A program made the position numbers and the translations under genes. Below are positions 1 through 9,700 of a stretch of 64,000 nt of DNA, one piece after another. The notes beneath the pieces are model-generated. The model was not told where the DNA came from. It saw nothing but the letters and a program-made list of their open reading frames with translations, and searched no databases. Numbering within the stretch: the first letter of the stretch is position 1; each line of letters starts with the position of its first letter. Origin of the DNA: Candidatus Anderseniibacteriota bacterium (GTDB lineage Bacteria; Patescibacteriota; Andersenbacteria; UBA10190); the NCBI GenBank assembly GCA_021414205.1, contig JAIOOW010000003.1:128048-192047 (forward strand). Direction: 5' to 3'.

Positions 1-22
1 TACGGTTGCGCCTGAAGCGGCA

Positions 23-271
23 GTGTCGCCACGCCTGACGGTGGCTTCTGTTTGGGGCCGGATTTGGAAAATTGCTTTCTTGTTAGCGGTAGTAGTTGCG
101 ATGGGTGCGATGATCTACAACCGCGAAGCTATCCGAGAGAGCATTGCTCTGAAAAGCAGTGCTGTTACGAAACCGGAAAAAGCCCAGGCTTCTCCGAAAA
201 AGCAGAAAAGTTCGCTTCAGCGTGCGCTGGAGGAATATCAAGAAACCAAAGACAAGGAATCCGAGGAATGA
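23..271 (+). CDS. Small single-pass membrane hypothetical protein (start uncertain, may extend beyond window)
   Basis: ORF with hydrophobic segment IAFLLAVVVAMGAMIY; stop overlaps next ATG (ATGA 268-271). Confidence 0.5.
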   Translation: MSPRLTVASVWGRIWKIAFLLAVVVAMGAMIYNREAIRESIALKSSAVTKPEKAQASPKKQKSSLQRALEEYQETKDKESEE

Positions 272-747
272 ACCGCTACGTATTGTGTTTGCTAGTGATG
301 CTGGTGCTCGTTGTAGGATGCGGCCAGGGTGCTAAGCCGGCAGAATCCGGCGACACTCCCACAACCACTCTTGAGGATGTGGGGACTGGGATGCAAGTGC
401 TTTTGAAAAACGATAAAGAGCACGAGAAGGAGTTGAAGTCCATCAAGAATTCCCTGAAAGGAAAAGAATTCCGCGGATTGTCTCAAGGGATTCGAATTGG
501 GGAGTCGGGAGTACTCAGGATCGATATTCCTTCCGATGACGAAGGAAACGATCTAGTGAGTCCTGCTCAGGTTGCAGAGGCAGTTATTGATGCGGGGGAT
601 GAACTGAGAGCGGTTGCCTGCAAGCCTCCGGGGAGCGGGCCAGTGGCGAAGCCATTGCCCAAAAAAAATGCTCCTTTTGGAGGGAGGAAGCCAAAGGGTC
701 GTTCTCCTGCAGGAGGACCTTCTCCCGATTCGCCTCCGTCTACGTAA
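268..747 (+). CDS. Putative lipoprotein with Pro/Lys-rich tail
   Basis: MNRYVLCLLVMLVLVVG-C lipobox-like signal; ATG at 268 coupled to upstream stop. Confidence 0.6.
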   Translation: MNRYVLCLLVMLVLVVGCGQGAKPAESGDTPTTTLEDVGTGMQVLLKNDKEHEKELKSIKNSLKGKEFRGLSQGIRIGESGVLRIDIPSDDEGNDLVSPAQVAEAVIDAGDELRAVACKPPGSGPVAKPLPKKNAPFGGRKPKGRSPAGGPSPDSPPST

Positions 748-768
748 GTTTGCTCGTTTTGATCAGTT

Positions 769-808
769 CTCAGTCGGTACACGCTTTGTGTCCCGGCTGA
801 TTTTTTTA
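769..808 (+). terminator. Intrinsic terminator
   Basis: TCAGTCGG...CCGGCTGA stem followed by T7. Confidence 0.65.
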
Positions 809-936
809 TTTCCATCACATTTTTATATGAGTACTAAAAGTGTTCATATAGTATTTTGCCTAAAATACGCAAAAAAGAGACGTATATTCAATAGGGTAGA
901 CAATTGCTCTTCATCCGAGCACACTTAACCATAGAT

Positions 937-1911
937 ATGACCCATCCAATTCGAGGAACAAGAAATGAGCGCAGTTTGGTGCATATGCACGCATTGCTCG
1001 AATTGAGCGGGCGAGATGGCGACGATCTTACGAGGATGATAGACATTATTAGGAATGCTCCAGATAGTGCTACTGCGATGTACGAGGTGGTGAATTTTTT
1101 ACATGTTCAAGACAGTGCTCTCCAAGAAAAATGGAATAAACACGTATCTCAAGTATGGTTCGAACTTCATCCGAATGTTCCTGCAAATTTGAATTTATTT
1201 ATTATGAGTCAGGATGTCATGCTGTCTGACGCGCTTATGGAAGTTCACGGGCTATTGCAGGAATTAGCTGAACGCCCTGCACGCGCCAACGAATTATTGA
1301 TAACCGGAGTGCTTCATGCTTCTGAAGAGCAGCGAATTGCGGACACATTGAGTGTATTTGCGGGGGATGGTATGAATGTTCGCCGGGCGTCTGCAATTGT
1401 AGAAGAGCTTCGATTGGTTCGTATTGTGAAGAACGAGGTACGGGTAGTGAAGTCTCGATACAACCGCTTTCAAGCACTTCCACTATCGGCGCAGTATTAC
1501 ATGGTGTGGCATATCGACATGTATCACCTGGATTGGAAGGAATACGCATATGGCATGCAATCTCATTTGGCAGTATTTCAGCAATACTTGCCGATGATTT
1601 GGGAATTGCTTGAACATACTTCCGTTGGACAGGCGCATAGCGTTGATGAATTTGCTTGGCATGTCGTTCGCGCGTTTCGACCATTGTGGCAACAAGAAAA
1701 TGCCTTAGGGGCTTATGAGCAATCCGCGCTTCATGCCATGATTAACGAGTGGCTCGTTGATAAGGTGTTTGCACGCTATGGCCTTGTAGATCGTATGGAT
1801 ATGGACATTGAAGGCTCTCCAAGAGCGTTTATGTGGAATCGGGCGGGGATTACCCTGTTGCATTCAGAGAGAACAATAAAACTCCCGTGCGCAATCGATG
1901 TTCTTGAATAG
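937..1911 (+). CDS. Hypothetical protein
   Basis: Long ORF (~324 aa) with no recognised motif; ATG 937 chosen. Confidence 0.55.
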   Translation: MTHPIRGTRNERSLVHMHALLELSGRDGDDLTRMIDIIRNAPDSATAMYEVVNFLHVQDSALQEKWNKHVSQVWFELHPNVPANLNLFIMSQDVMLSDALMEVHGLLQELAERPARANELLITGVLHASEEQRIADTLSVFAGDGMNVRRASAIVEELRLVRIVKNEVRVVKSRYNRFQALPLSAQYYMVWHIDMYHLDWKEYAYGMQSHLAVFQQYLPMIWELLEHTSVGQAHSVDEFAWHVVRAFRPLWQQENALGAYEQSALHAMINEWLVDKVFARYGLVDRMDMDIEGSPRAFMWNRAGITLLHSERTIKLPCAIDVLE

Positions 1912-2823
1912 CTAATCTTGTTTTGAGTGGTGGTACTTGTCGTGAATAGACTGTAGGTGAGTGTCGGTAAGGTGAGTATAGATTTGTGTAGTTGTAATCG
2001 ATGAGTGGCCCAGTAATTGCTGTACGTGCCGTATATCTGCTCCATTTTGCAGCAAATCTGTTGCAAATGAATGCCGAAGGGTATGCGGAGTAATATCTTT
2101 GGTAATTCCAGCGTTTACTGCTCGTTTTTTAATAATTCTTTGCATTGTTCGTGTGCTGAGGCGTAGGTCTTCTTGGTCCCCGATGCCTTTCTTGTGCCGG
2201 ATAAATAGCGCTGGGTCAATGTCTTTCCGCTGGGCGACATATGCGCTAATTGCGGTAAAAGCCGGTTTTGATAAAAATACGACTCGGATTTTATTGCCCT
2301 TTCCTCGCACGGGAATTTCGTTTGAACTTTCTCTAATATCATCTCTATCCAGCTGAGCTGCTTCGGAAATGCGAACTCCTGTAGAAAAGAGCAGGGAAAG
2401 TAGAGCAAAATCACGGAGATCCTCGATAGATGACCCGCTCATGGAGGAGAGGAGTAAGTCGATTTCCTCCGGATACAGCACATCTACGTCTCGTTCTGGC
2501 AGCTTTGCAAGCTCAACTCGCTCTGGGGCCAAGCAGGCGATATCTTGCTTTGTTACGTAGGTTAAAAATTGCCTGATAGCTATGAGGTAGTAATTCTGTG
2601 TAGGGAGGGCAACGCCATTGCCGGACCCCGCCTCTTCATGGAGCCATCTGCGAAACAGGCGAATAGAGTGAATGGTGATATCTTCTATGCTAGAGATGGC
2701 TTGTTGGTTAAAGAATGTTCGAAGGTAGTAGTCATAGTTTTTTGCCGTTTTATGCGATCGACCCTGTCCGATCTCCAGGTTTTCCAAAAAGTCGTTTCGA
2801 AGGTCTAAAAGGGATGTTTCCAT
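1912..2823 (-). CDS. Tyrosine recombinase, XerC/XerD family
   Basis: TGVRISE, GKGNK, HTLRHSFAT, LLGH, TTQIY catalytic motifs. Confidence 0.92.
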   Translation of the reverse strand: METSLLDLRNDFLENLEIGQGRSHKTAKNYDYYLRTFFNQQAISSIEDITIHSIRLFRRWLHEEAGSGNGVALPTQNYYLIAIRQFLTYVTKQDIACLAPERVELAKLPERDVDVLYPEEIDLLLSSMSGSSIEDLRDFALLSLLFSTGVRISEAAQLDRDDIRESSNEIPVRGKGNKIRVVFLSKPAFTAISAYVAQRKDIDPALFIRHKKGIGDQEDLRLSTRTMQRIIKKRAVNAGITKDITPHTLRHSFATDLLQNGADIRHVQQLLGHSSITTTQIYTHLTDTHLQSIHDKYHHSKQD

Positions 2824-2878
2824 GTATTTATAGTATATCCTCTTTACTTTTTTAGGGAACTATGTACGATATGAGGAT

Positions 2879-3151
2879 ATGAGCAAAGTTGAAGAAAGGA
2901 AACAAACCATTATCAAGAAGTTCAAACTTCACACTGAAGACACGGGTTCTCCGGAGGTTCAGATTGCTATTTTCTCTGAAAAGATCGAAGAGCTTGCTGG
3001 GCATTTGAAGAAAAACAAGAAGGATCATCACAGCCGAAGAGGGTTGCTCGGGATGGTAAGCAAGCGAAAGCGCCTACTATCATATTTGAAGCGTCAGGAC
3101 GAAAAGAGATATCAAGCGCTTACGAAGAAATTAGGCATCAAGCAGGTGTGA
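2879..3151 (+). CDS. rpsO: 30S ribosomal protein S15
   Basis: [10 protein letters not shown] and [10 protein letters not shown] signatures. Confidence 0.98.
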   Translation: MSKVEERKQTIIKKFKLHTEDTGSPEVQIAIFSEKIEELAGHLKKNKKDHHSRRGLLGMVSKRKRLLSYLKRQDEKRYQALTKKLGIKQV

Positions 3152-3705
3152 GCGCGCCCGGACAATTTCCTCAACAGAGAGTAGGGGTTTTTGTAGACAT
3201 TCAGAATATGTATTATTCCGCCCGTGCTATCCATGCACGGAAAGTTAATTTTAAGAATGTGTTAGAGCAAGCAGTATCCGGCAGGCAGCTTGTACGGGCA
3301 ATTGCGTACGGCATTACAACGGAAGAGGCTCATGAGGAAGAATTCCATGATGCATTGTCTGCTCAAGGGTTTGAAGTAAAAACGAAGCCATTGCAGACGT
3401 TTATGGGCGGGCAAAAGAAGGGCGATTGGGACGTAGGGATTGCAACTGACGTGTTGCGGCTAGAACCGAAAATCGACGTGGCCGTATTAGTGTGTGGTGA
3501 TGGTGATTTTGTCCCTATGGTTGAGTTTGCAAAAGAAAAAGGGCTTCGTGTTGAAGTGGTAAGCTTTAGAGAGAGTACGTCTAAAAATTTAATTGAATCT
3601 GCTGACGGTTTCTTTGATTTATCAAGTAAGATTGATCAGTTTTTAATCAAAGATGCAAAGCGACCAACTTCGCGTCCGAAAAGAACAGTAAAAATATTGT
3701 CATAA
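3148..3705 (+). CDS. NYN-domain (LabA/DUF88, PIN-like) protein
   Basis: VFVDIQN, KGDWDV, GDGDF motifs. Confidence 0.9.
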   Translation: MSAPGQFPQQRVGVFVDIQNMYYSARAIHARKVNFKNVLEQAVSGRQLVRAIAYGITTEEAHEEEFHDALSAQGFEVKTKPLQTFMGGQKKGDWDVGIATDVLRLEPKIDVAVLVCGDGDFVPMVEFAKEKGLRVEVVSFRESTSKNLIESADGFFDLSSKIDQFLIKDAKRPTSRPKRTVKILS

Positions 3706-3761
3706 GCATGCCACGTGTCGCGGTGCGTTGTACGGCGATATATGATCATTCTTAAACAATA

Positions 3762-3858
3762 CGCATTCGCAAACTTCAGCAATATCTTTAGACTTTTGCC
3801 CGCCTATCGTAAGCGGATAAAATCCTGAAGATATGCATATTGAGGGAGTAGCGATGCG
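3762..3858 (+). promoter_or_regulatory. Long imperfect hairpin in the pnp leader
   Basis: CGCATTCGC/GCGATGCG, ATATCTTTAG/CTGAAGATAT and CCGC/GCGG nested pairings. Confidence 0.6.
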
Positions 3859-3866
3859 ATCTACAT

Positions 3867-5969
3867 ATGAATAACGAATCAAAAAAAGAAGTTTCTGGTA
3901 TTGTTGGTGCTCAGGAGATACGTATTAGTACGGGAGAGCTTGCCCGCCAGGCAGGCGGGTCTGTGCTTGTGCAATGCGGAGAGACGATAGTGTTGGGTAC
4001 TGCAACGATGGGAAAGCCGATGTCTCCTGATGCGAATTTTTTGCCGCTTCTTGTTGAGTATGATGAAAAGTTTTATGCAGCAGGGAAAATAAAAGGAAGT
4101 CGCTTTATGAAGAGAGAAGGAAAGCCTCATGACGATGCAATTTTAACAGCGCGATTAATCGATAGGTCCATTCGGCCATTATTCCCGAAAGGCATGATTA
4201 ACGATGTTCAGGTTGTTTTGACCGTGTTGTCATACGACGGTGCCAATGATCCCGATGTTATGGCTATGATCGCTGCGTGTGGCGCATTGATGGTAAGCGG
4301 CATCCCTTGGGAAGGACCCCTAGGCGCAACGCGTGTTGGAATGATCGATGGAGAATATGTCATTAATCCGACCATGGAGCAGCGACAGGTAAGTAAGCTT
4401 GATCTATTGCTTGCCGGCACGGCGAAGGATATTTCTATGTTAGAGGCAGGCGCTCGAGAGATTCCGGAGAATGCCGTTCTTGATGCGATTGAGGTTGGGC
4501 AAAAGGGGATAGGGCAGGTTGTTGATTTATTGAGTGAGCTTCAAAAGCAAGTGGCGCCGATAATGGAAGAAGCGATCTTTGCAAAGAAAAATGACGAGCA
4601 TACTCAAAAGATAGAAGAGCTATCTAGGCCTTTGTTAACAGACAAACTATCTTTATCAAAAGGAAAGGATGACATTGCTCAGGCTGAGCGAGATGTTGTT
4701 GCGCATGTGCTTGAGCATATGTCTGACGAAGAAAAAGAGCTCATTTCTGAGCATGAAGTGCGCGGTATTATTCATATACTTCATGGAAAGGTTACGCGAG
4801 ATCGAGTGCTCGATAGCGATGCGCGTAGTGACGGTAGGGCGCTCACTCAGGTTCGGCCCCTAACAATTTCCGCAGGCGTTCTTCCTCGTGCGCACGGTAC
4901 CGGCTTGTTCAGAAGGGGTGATACTCAAGTGCTCACAGTGCTTACGCTTGGTGGACCAGATGATGCTTTAATAGTGGATACGATTAGGAGCGAGGCAAAG
5001 AAGCGATATATTCATTATTACAATTTTCCAGCGTTTTCTGTAGGAGAGATTCGCCCAAGCCGAGGTCCCGGACGACGCGAGATTGGCCACGGAGCTCTCG
5101 CTGAGCGTGCATTATATGCTGTTCTTCCGGAATACGAGCAATGGCCCTATACGATGCTGTTATTCTCTGAAGTGTTGGAAAGTAACGGGTCATCGTCGAT
5201 GGCTTCCGTATGCGGATCATCTCTTGCGTTAATGGATGCAGGTGTACCTATTACGAACCCTGTTGCAGGTATTGCGATGGGCTTAATGTCTGATGGAAAG
5301 GGGAAATATAGAGTATTAACGGATATCGCCGGAATGGAAGATGAAAAAGGGGATATGGATTTCAAGGTTGCTGGTACGAAAAACGGGATTACTGCGCTGC
5401 AAATGGACATTAAGGTCATCGGCCTCACTCGAGAGATTCTTGAAAAAGCCCTGCAGCAAGCAAAGGATGCAAGGATGCATATTTTGGGAGAAATGAATAA
5501 GGTTCTCGCAGAGCCGCGAAAGGAATTATCGAAATACGCTCCACGAATTCATACGATGCGGATCTCTGTCGACAAGATAGGTGACTTGATCGGTCCGAAG
5601 GGGAAGAATATTAACGAAATTATTGAACAAACGGGCGCAAGTATATCAGTTGAAGATGATGGACTAGTGTCTATAGTTACAAACGACGGAGACGCAATGG
5701 AAAAGGCGAAGAAGATGGTTGATGATCTTACTCGGGTGATTAAAGCGGGTGATCGTTTTGAGGGCAAGGTCGTAAAGATTATGGATTTTGGAGCCTTCGT
5801 ACAGCTGGTGCCGAATACCGATGGCTTAGTGCATATATCTCAATTTCAGGACGAGCGTATCGAAAATCTTGCGGACATTGTAAAGGTTGGAGATATTTTA
5901 CCCGTTGTTGTTCTTGAGGTGGATGCAATGGGAAGAATAAATCTTTCACACAAAGCGACTAAAAAGTAG
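3867..5969 (+). CDS. pnp: Polyribonucleotide nucleotidyltransferase (PNPase)
   Basis: RLIDRSIRPLFP, RREIGHG, ESNGSSSMAS, GDMDFKVAG; KH and S1 domains. Confidence 0.98.
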   Translation: MNNESKKEVSGIVGAQEIRISTGELARQAGGSVLVQCGETIVLGTATMGKPMSPDANFLPLLVEYDEKFYAAGKIKGSRFMKREGKPHDDAILTARLIDRSIRPLFPKGMINDVQVVLTVLSYDGANDPDVMAMIAACGALMVSGIPWEGPLGATRVGMIDGEYVINPTMEQRQVSKLDLLLAGTAKDISMLEAGAREIPENAVLDAIEVGQKGIGQVVDLLSELQKQVAPIMEEAIFAKKNDEHTQKIEELSRPLLTDKLSLSKGKDDIAQAERDVVAHVLEHMSDEEKELISEHEVRGIIHILHGKVTRDRVLDSDARSDGRALTQVRPLTISAGVLPRAHGTGLFRRGDTQVLTVLTLGGPDDALIVDTIRSEAKKRYIHYYNFPAFSVGEIRPSRGPGRREIGHGALAERALYAVLPEYEQWPYTMLLFSEVLESNGSSSMASVCGSSLALMDAGVPITNPVAGIAMGLMSDGKGKYRVLTDIAGMEDEKGDMDFKVAGTKNGITALQMDIKVIGLTREILEKALQQAKDARMHILGEMNKVLAEPRKELSKYAPRIHTMRISVDKIGDLIGPKGKNINEIIEQTGASISVEDDGLVSIVTNDGDAMEKAKKMVDDLTRVIKAGDRFEGKVVKIMDFGAFVQLVPNTDGLVHISQFQDERIENLADIVKVGDILPVVVLEVDAMGRINLSHKATKK

Positions 5970-5983
5970 TACAATAAAATGCG

Positions 5984-7516
5984 ATGGAGGAGGGGATCAC
6001 TATTCGCACAATGCAGGATGATGTTGCTGGATTAAAAAAACAGCAACTTTCTGCTGCGGGCATTTCTGGGAAGACTCTCAAGAAAGAACTTGGTCCAATG
6101 CCAAAAAAGAATCCGGCTAAAAAAGGTATCCTCGTAGGAGGTATTATTTTGCTTTTCTGCGTTATAGGCGCCGGTGCTTGGTTCGGGTATTCAACATTCC
6201 TCAGTAAGGGAGATGTTGCTATGAATAGCGCATCACCGCTTCCTATTACAGAAGTGATTCCTAGTGACGTTGTTGCTGTTGTTGCGTATGACGCTTCTAG
6301 TGATGCGAATCGAGCTGTCATTAGTTCGTATTGGAGTAATGGCGGCGATGCCTCTCAGGTGTTTAAAAACGCAGATCCTACAACTCTCTTAACCTCAACA
6401 GATGCTCAGTCGGTATATTATTTTGTGCTTGCAAATAATTCCACACCTTTTACGGTGATTCCAAAAACCTCACAAACGACAAAGTATCTTCAGGAAGGAC
6501 AAGGTATAAAATATGCAGAAAAAGGAGGCTGGTATATTGTGCACGAACTTACTATTGATGATTATACTGCAGACATTGATCGGGGTAATTATTCTAACAA
6601 TCCAAATGCATCGTTATTACCTGGAAGTGGCTTTGTTGCAAGATATATTATTAATTCGAGTTTGATTCCTCAGCTATTGTCCCTACCTGCAAATTTAGGA
6701 ATAGATCGTCAGCAAATAGTATTTGATGTTAACCAGGTGAGCGGAGATGGGGCGGTGCAAGGGGAATATGCGCTATCTGAAATTGCTGTACCTGAAGGGG
6801 TTACCCCAGACACGACTCAGCTAACGGCGCTCGTTCCTGGTGATGCATCATTTTTGCGGGTAGGTGAAAATTTTTCAAATGACATCGCTGAGTTTCAGCA
6901 AACCCATTCCGTATTTGATACCCATATATTTAGCGAGCCTGCAATTCAGCAGTATATCGCTAAGCTAAGTACCCCATATGCACTCTATGTTCGCACGGGT
7001 GTAGATGGTGTTCCTGATACAGGCCTTATTATACAGATTCCCGACACATTAAAGCCTCACAAAGGGTACAGCGATCCCATCATAGAGCAGCTGCTCACTT
7101 CATTTGCCCCATTCGTTACAGGAAGAGCGCTTGGCTCTCAGATTGTATTTGCGGACGGCTCTTACAATGCAATTCCTATAAGGTATACAAACCTCGAAGG
7201 ACAAACGTCCGCACTAGACTATACTATTGGAGATAACTACATACTAATTGCATCTTCGAGAGAGGGGATGCAGGCGCTTGGCGCAATGGCGCTAGGTACT
7301 GGAAGTGCAATGGTATCGAATAGTCCGTGGAATACGCTGCTTCAAAAAGCAAAATCCTTTGTTCCTTATAATATGATTGCGGGAACTATTGCGGACCCAG
7401 CGATGCTGAGCCTTATCCCTGCGGGGCAATTACACTCGCAAGCATCTATCATTGTTTCTACAAAGGGTGATAATACTGGTATTCATACTCACGCAACGGT
7501 AGAATTTATAAAATGA
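5984..7516 (+). CDS. Membrane-anchored extracytoplasmic hypothetical protein
   Basis: 510-aa ORF; IRTMQDD N-terminus then one TM helix. Confidence 0.75.
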   Translation: MEEGITIRTMQDDVAGLKKQQLSAAGISGKTLKKELGPMPKKNPAKKGILVGGIILLFCVIGAGAWFGYSTFLSKGDVAMNSASPLPITEVIPSDVVAVVAYDASSDANRAVISSYWSNGGDASQVFKNADPTTLLTSTDAQSVYYFVLANNSTPFTVIPKTSQTTKYLQEGQGIKYAEKGGWYIVHELTIDDYTADIDRGNYSNNPNASLLPGSGFVARYIINSSLIPQLLSLPANLGIDRQQIVFDVNQVSGDGAVQGEYALSEIAVPEGVTPDTTQLTALVPGDASFLRVGENFSNDIAEFQQTHSVFDTHIFSEPAIQQYIAKLSTPYALYVRTGVDGVPDTGLIIQIPDTLKPHKGYSDPIIEQLLTSFAPFVTGRALGSQIVFADGSYNAIPIRYTNLEGQTSALDYTIGDNYILIASSREGMQALGAMALGTGSAMVSNSPWNTLLQKAKSFVPYNMIAGTIADPAMLSLIPAGQLHSQASIIVSTKGDNTGIHTHATVEFIK

Positions 7517-8754
7517 TTTCAAGATATTCTTATTTGCTCTATATAGCAACGTTTAGTTTTCTATTAGTGGCTATTTCGGCGAGCACTACGTCTCTTTGGT
7601 TTTTGCGGGGAGTATTAGGCGCCTCTCAGGGTGTTGTTGAGGTTGGATACAAGCAGGATAATAATATTGAAAAGATGATAAAAAATACTGTTCTTCCTGT
7701 CGCAGGTTCTTATCTCCACTTTTCGCCCAATACCTTTAGTCGACTTGTGTATCTTCAGGATAGGACCGTTGAATATGTTGTTGGTATACCAACATTGCAA
7801 AGTCAGCTTGGAGCCACAAGCACATTAAGCAATGTGGGTTGGAAAACATCTCGAATTGGTTGGATAGTTATAGGGAAAAGGCAGATAAATGGCTCTATTG
7901 AAGAAAATCAAAACGAAAGGAGTGCCAGTCTTGTGAGCGGTGTAAGTGCGGAGTTATCCGCAGTATTTCAACACGGCTTATCAGCTAATCCATTGTTTTT
8001 CTCCAAAGGAATCCCCGGGTTTGCTTCTGTTGAGAGTGGGTTTGCCGTATACGGAGATCAGAAAAAGCATGAGGTGCGCATTTCTCTTGGATACAATTCG
8101 CAGCAATTTATAAAAATAATCGATAGCGAAACTCCTCTGGTTTCCATGCAAAATGATACATTATACGTTGCTATACAAAGAGGAATAATGAGATTCCTGC
8201 CGAAGGAATTTACGTCTGCAATTACTGCTACTATAGATCAGCGATTTCATTTTACGAAAACAAGCCCATCTCTACTAGGTGGAATTCCCGCAGATAGTCT
8301 TGTAGGAATTTTTACCCATGGCAATGATATCGCTATGGGAGTAACAGGGGGTGCCAGCGGCTTTCGGGATAGCGTTGTGAAGTACATTCAATCTGAGCAA
8401 GGGGCAAGGCATCCAATTCGAAAAGGATTTTTATTACCAGATGGTACTGTGGGTCATGAATATGTTCCCGCAAATCCTACGATTAGTTTTGAAAAGACAG
8501 ATGATACGAATTGTGAAAAAGCCGTTGGGTATGACGAGCAATTATTTATGTGCAGCAATTCTTTGGGAGGTATCGATATTGCAACAAGTTTGGATGCTGC
8601 GCAAAAGGCAATTCAGAATTTAAAAGAAGGTAATAGGAATGTTTGGGGGAGCGGTGATGCAGAAGCATTAAAAAATATTCTGCAGGAAAATGCATTCCAA
8701 AAGATTTGGTTCTCCGGTGACGATAAAAGCCTTATGATATCGGGTGCATACTGA
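7513..8754 (+). CDS. Membrane-anchored hypothetical protein
   Basis: 413-aa ORF, N-terminal TM helix, ATGA overlap with upstream gene. Confidence 0.7.
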   Translation: MISRYSYLLYIATFSFLLVAISASTTSLWFLRGVLGASQGVVEVGYKQDNNIEKMIKNTVLPVAGSYLHFSPNTFSRLVYLQDRTVEYVVGIPTLQSQLGATSTLSNVGWKTSRIGWIVIGKRQINGSIEENQNERSASLVSGVSAELSAVFQHGLSANPLFFSKGIPGFASVESGFAVYGDQKKHEVRISLGYNSQQFIKIIDSETPLVSMQNDTLYVAIQRGIMRFLPKEFTSAITATIDQRFHFTKTSPSLLGGIPADSLVGIFTHGNDIAMGVTGGASGFRDSVVKYIQSEQGARHPIRKGFLLPDGTVGHEYVPANPTISFEKTDDTNCEKAVGYDEQLFMCSNSLGGIDIATSLDAAQKAIQNLKEGNRNVWGSGDAEALKNILQENAFQKIWFSGDDKSLMISGAY

Positions 8755-8791
8755 TGTACAACAAATGTGTACAAAAAAAGCCTATTTTGCT

Positions 8792-8820
8792 TTGACCTGG
8801 GGGTAAAAAACTGCTATAAT
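8792..8820 (+). promoter_or_regulatory. Near-consensus sigma70 promoter
   Basis: TTGACC-17 bp-TATAAT with extended -10 TG and upstream A-tract. Confidence 0.85.
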
Positions 8821-8825
8821 TACAA

Positions 8826-9380
8826 CATCGCTCAGTAAGGGTACTGAGAAATAACACAAACAAACAAAACAAAAGATGATCCTGATGAGAGAAGCCCGCG
8901 AAGTGCAATCAGGATCACAGCAAGGGAGCAGAGAACCTTTACAACTGAATAAGAGATAACGGAAAGGCAGGTAGGGGGGCGTGACGAGGGAGGTAAATCA
9001 CTCTGGTCGTGCTTCCTTACCGAAGCATGCCCACACTATGAGGACGAGCCAATCTGCATTGGCCACATATATAAACACAAAAAAAAGAAACAAGTTTGTA
9101 CCTTTGAACTTTATATCGCGGAGAAGGTTGCGCTATATGCGTGTTGATTTATTCAATCGCATGTAACTGGAACCGCAATTATAGTGGGGGAGTATTCTAT
9201 GGAGCAGGACATAGGATGATGCACATAGTTCTTGCTTAACAAAATGCTATTGAGGGCAGGTGCTTGCTGATATCGATTAGATGTCATTAATCACCTGCCT
9301 GAAATTGCTGTAAGCACGAGCTCGAAGGCCGATCGCAGGTCAATATTCTTTATTCGGCCACAGCAATCGGCCTTCACAAT
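8826..9380 (+). ncRNA. Structured non-coding RNA region resembling an rRNA leader/trailer
   Basis: Many hairpins with G-U pairs, boxA-like GAACCTTTACAACTGAATA (8933-8951), no credible ORF. Confidence 0.5.
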
Positions 9381-9391
9381 TTAAATACATT

Positions 9392-9700
9392 ATGCACACA
9401 CAAGATTTTATAAACGAAATGAAAGCAAGGCTGGAGAGCGAAAAGGCTCTTATGCTAGGAGAGTTGAGCGAGGATTCTAGTTTCCCGGACTATGGTCGCA
9501 ATGACGAAGATAATGCAACGGAGGTTGAAAATTATCAGTCCATGAGTGCTGTAACGTCGGCAGCAAAGGAACGCCTTGATGAGGTTGAGGATGCACTTAA
9601 TCGTATAAGCGCTGGCACATACGGTGTAACGGAGTCTGGGGAGATGATTCCGGAAAATCGATTGAGGGCAAATCCTGCAGCCACGACACTTGTTGTATAA
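9392..9700 (+). CDS. DksA/TraR-family protein lacking the C4 zinc finger
   Basis: DEDNATE coiled-coil tip; ALNRISAGTYG...IPENRLRANP. Confidence 0.8.
   Translation: MHTQDFINEMKARLESEKALMLGELSEDSSFPDYGRNDEDNATEVENYQSMSAVTSAAKERLDEVEDALNRISAGTYGVTESGEMIPENRLRANPAATTLVV

Noticed and set aside
1912-2823. Recombinase as a prophage or island integrase
   Set aside because: Size and motifs fit a housekeeping XerC/D next to rpsO; no att repeats or phage genes seen
8882-8905. CTGATGA as a hammerhead ribozyme core
   Set aside because: No stem II, GAAG instead of GAAA, and the motif lies within another 10-bp stem
8826-9380. RNase P, tmRNA or SRP RNA
   Set aside because: No GAGGAAAGTCC, no tRNA-like ends; CAGG...GCAAGGGAGCAG lacks the paired SRP helix 8 geometry
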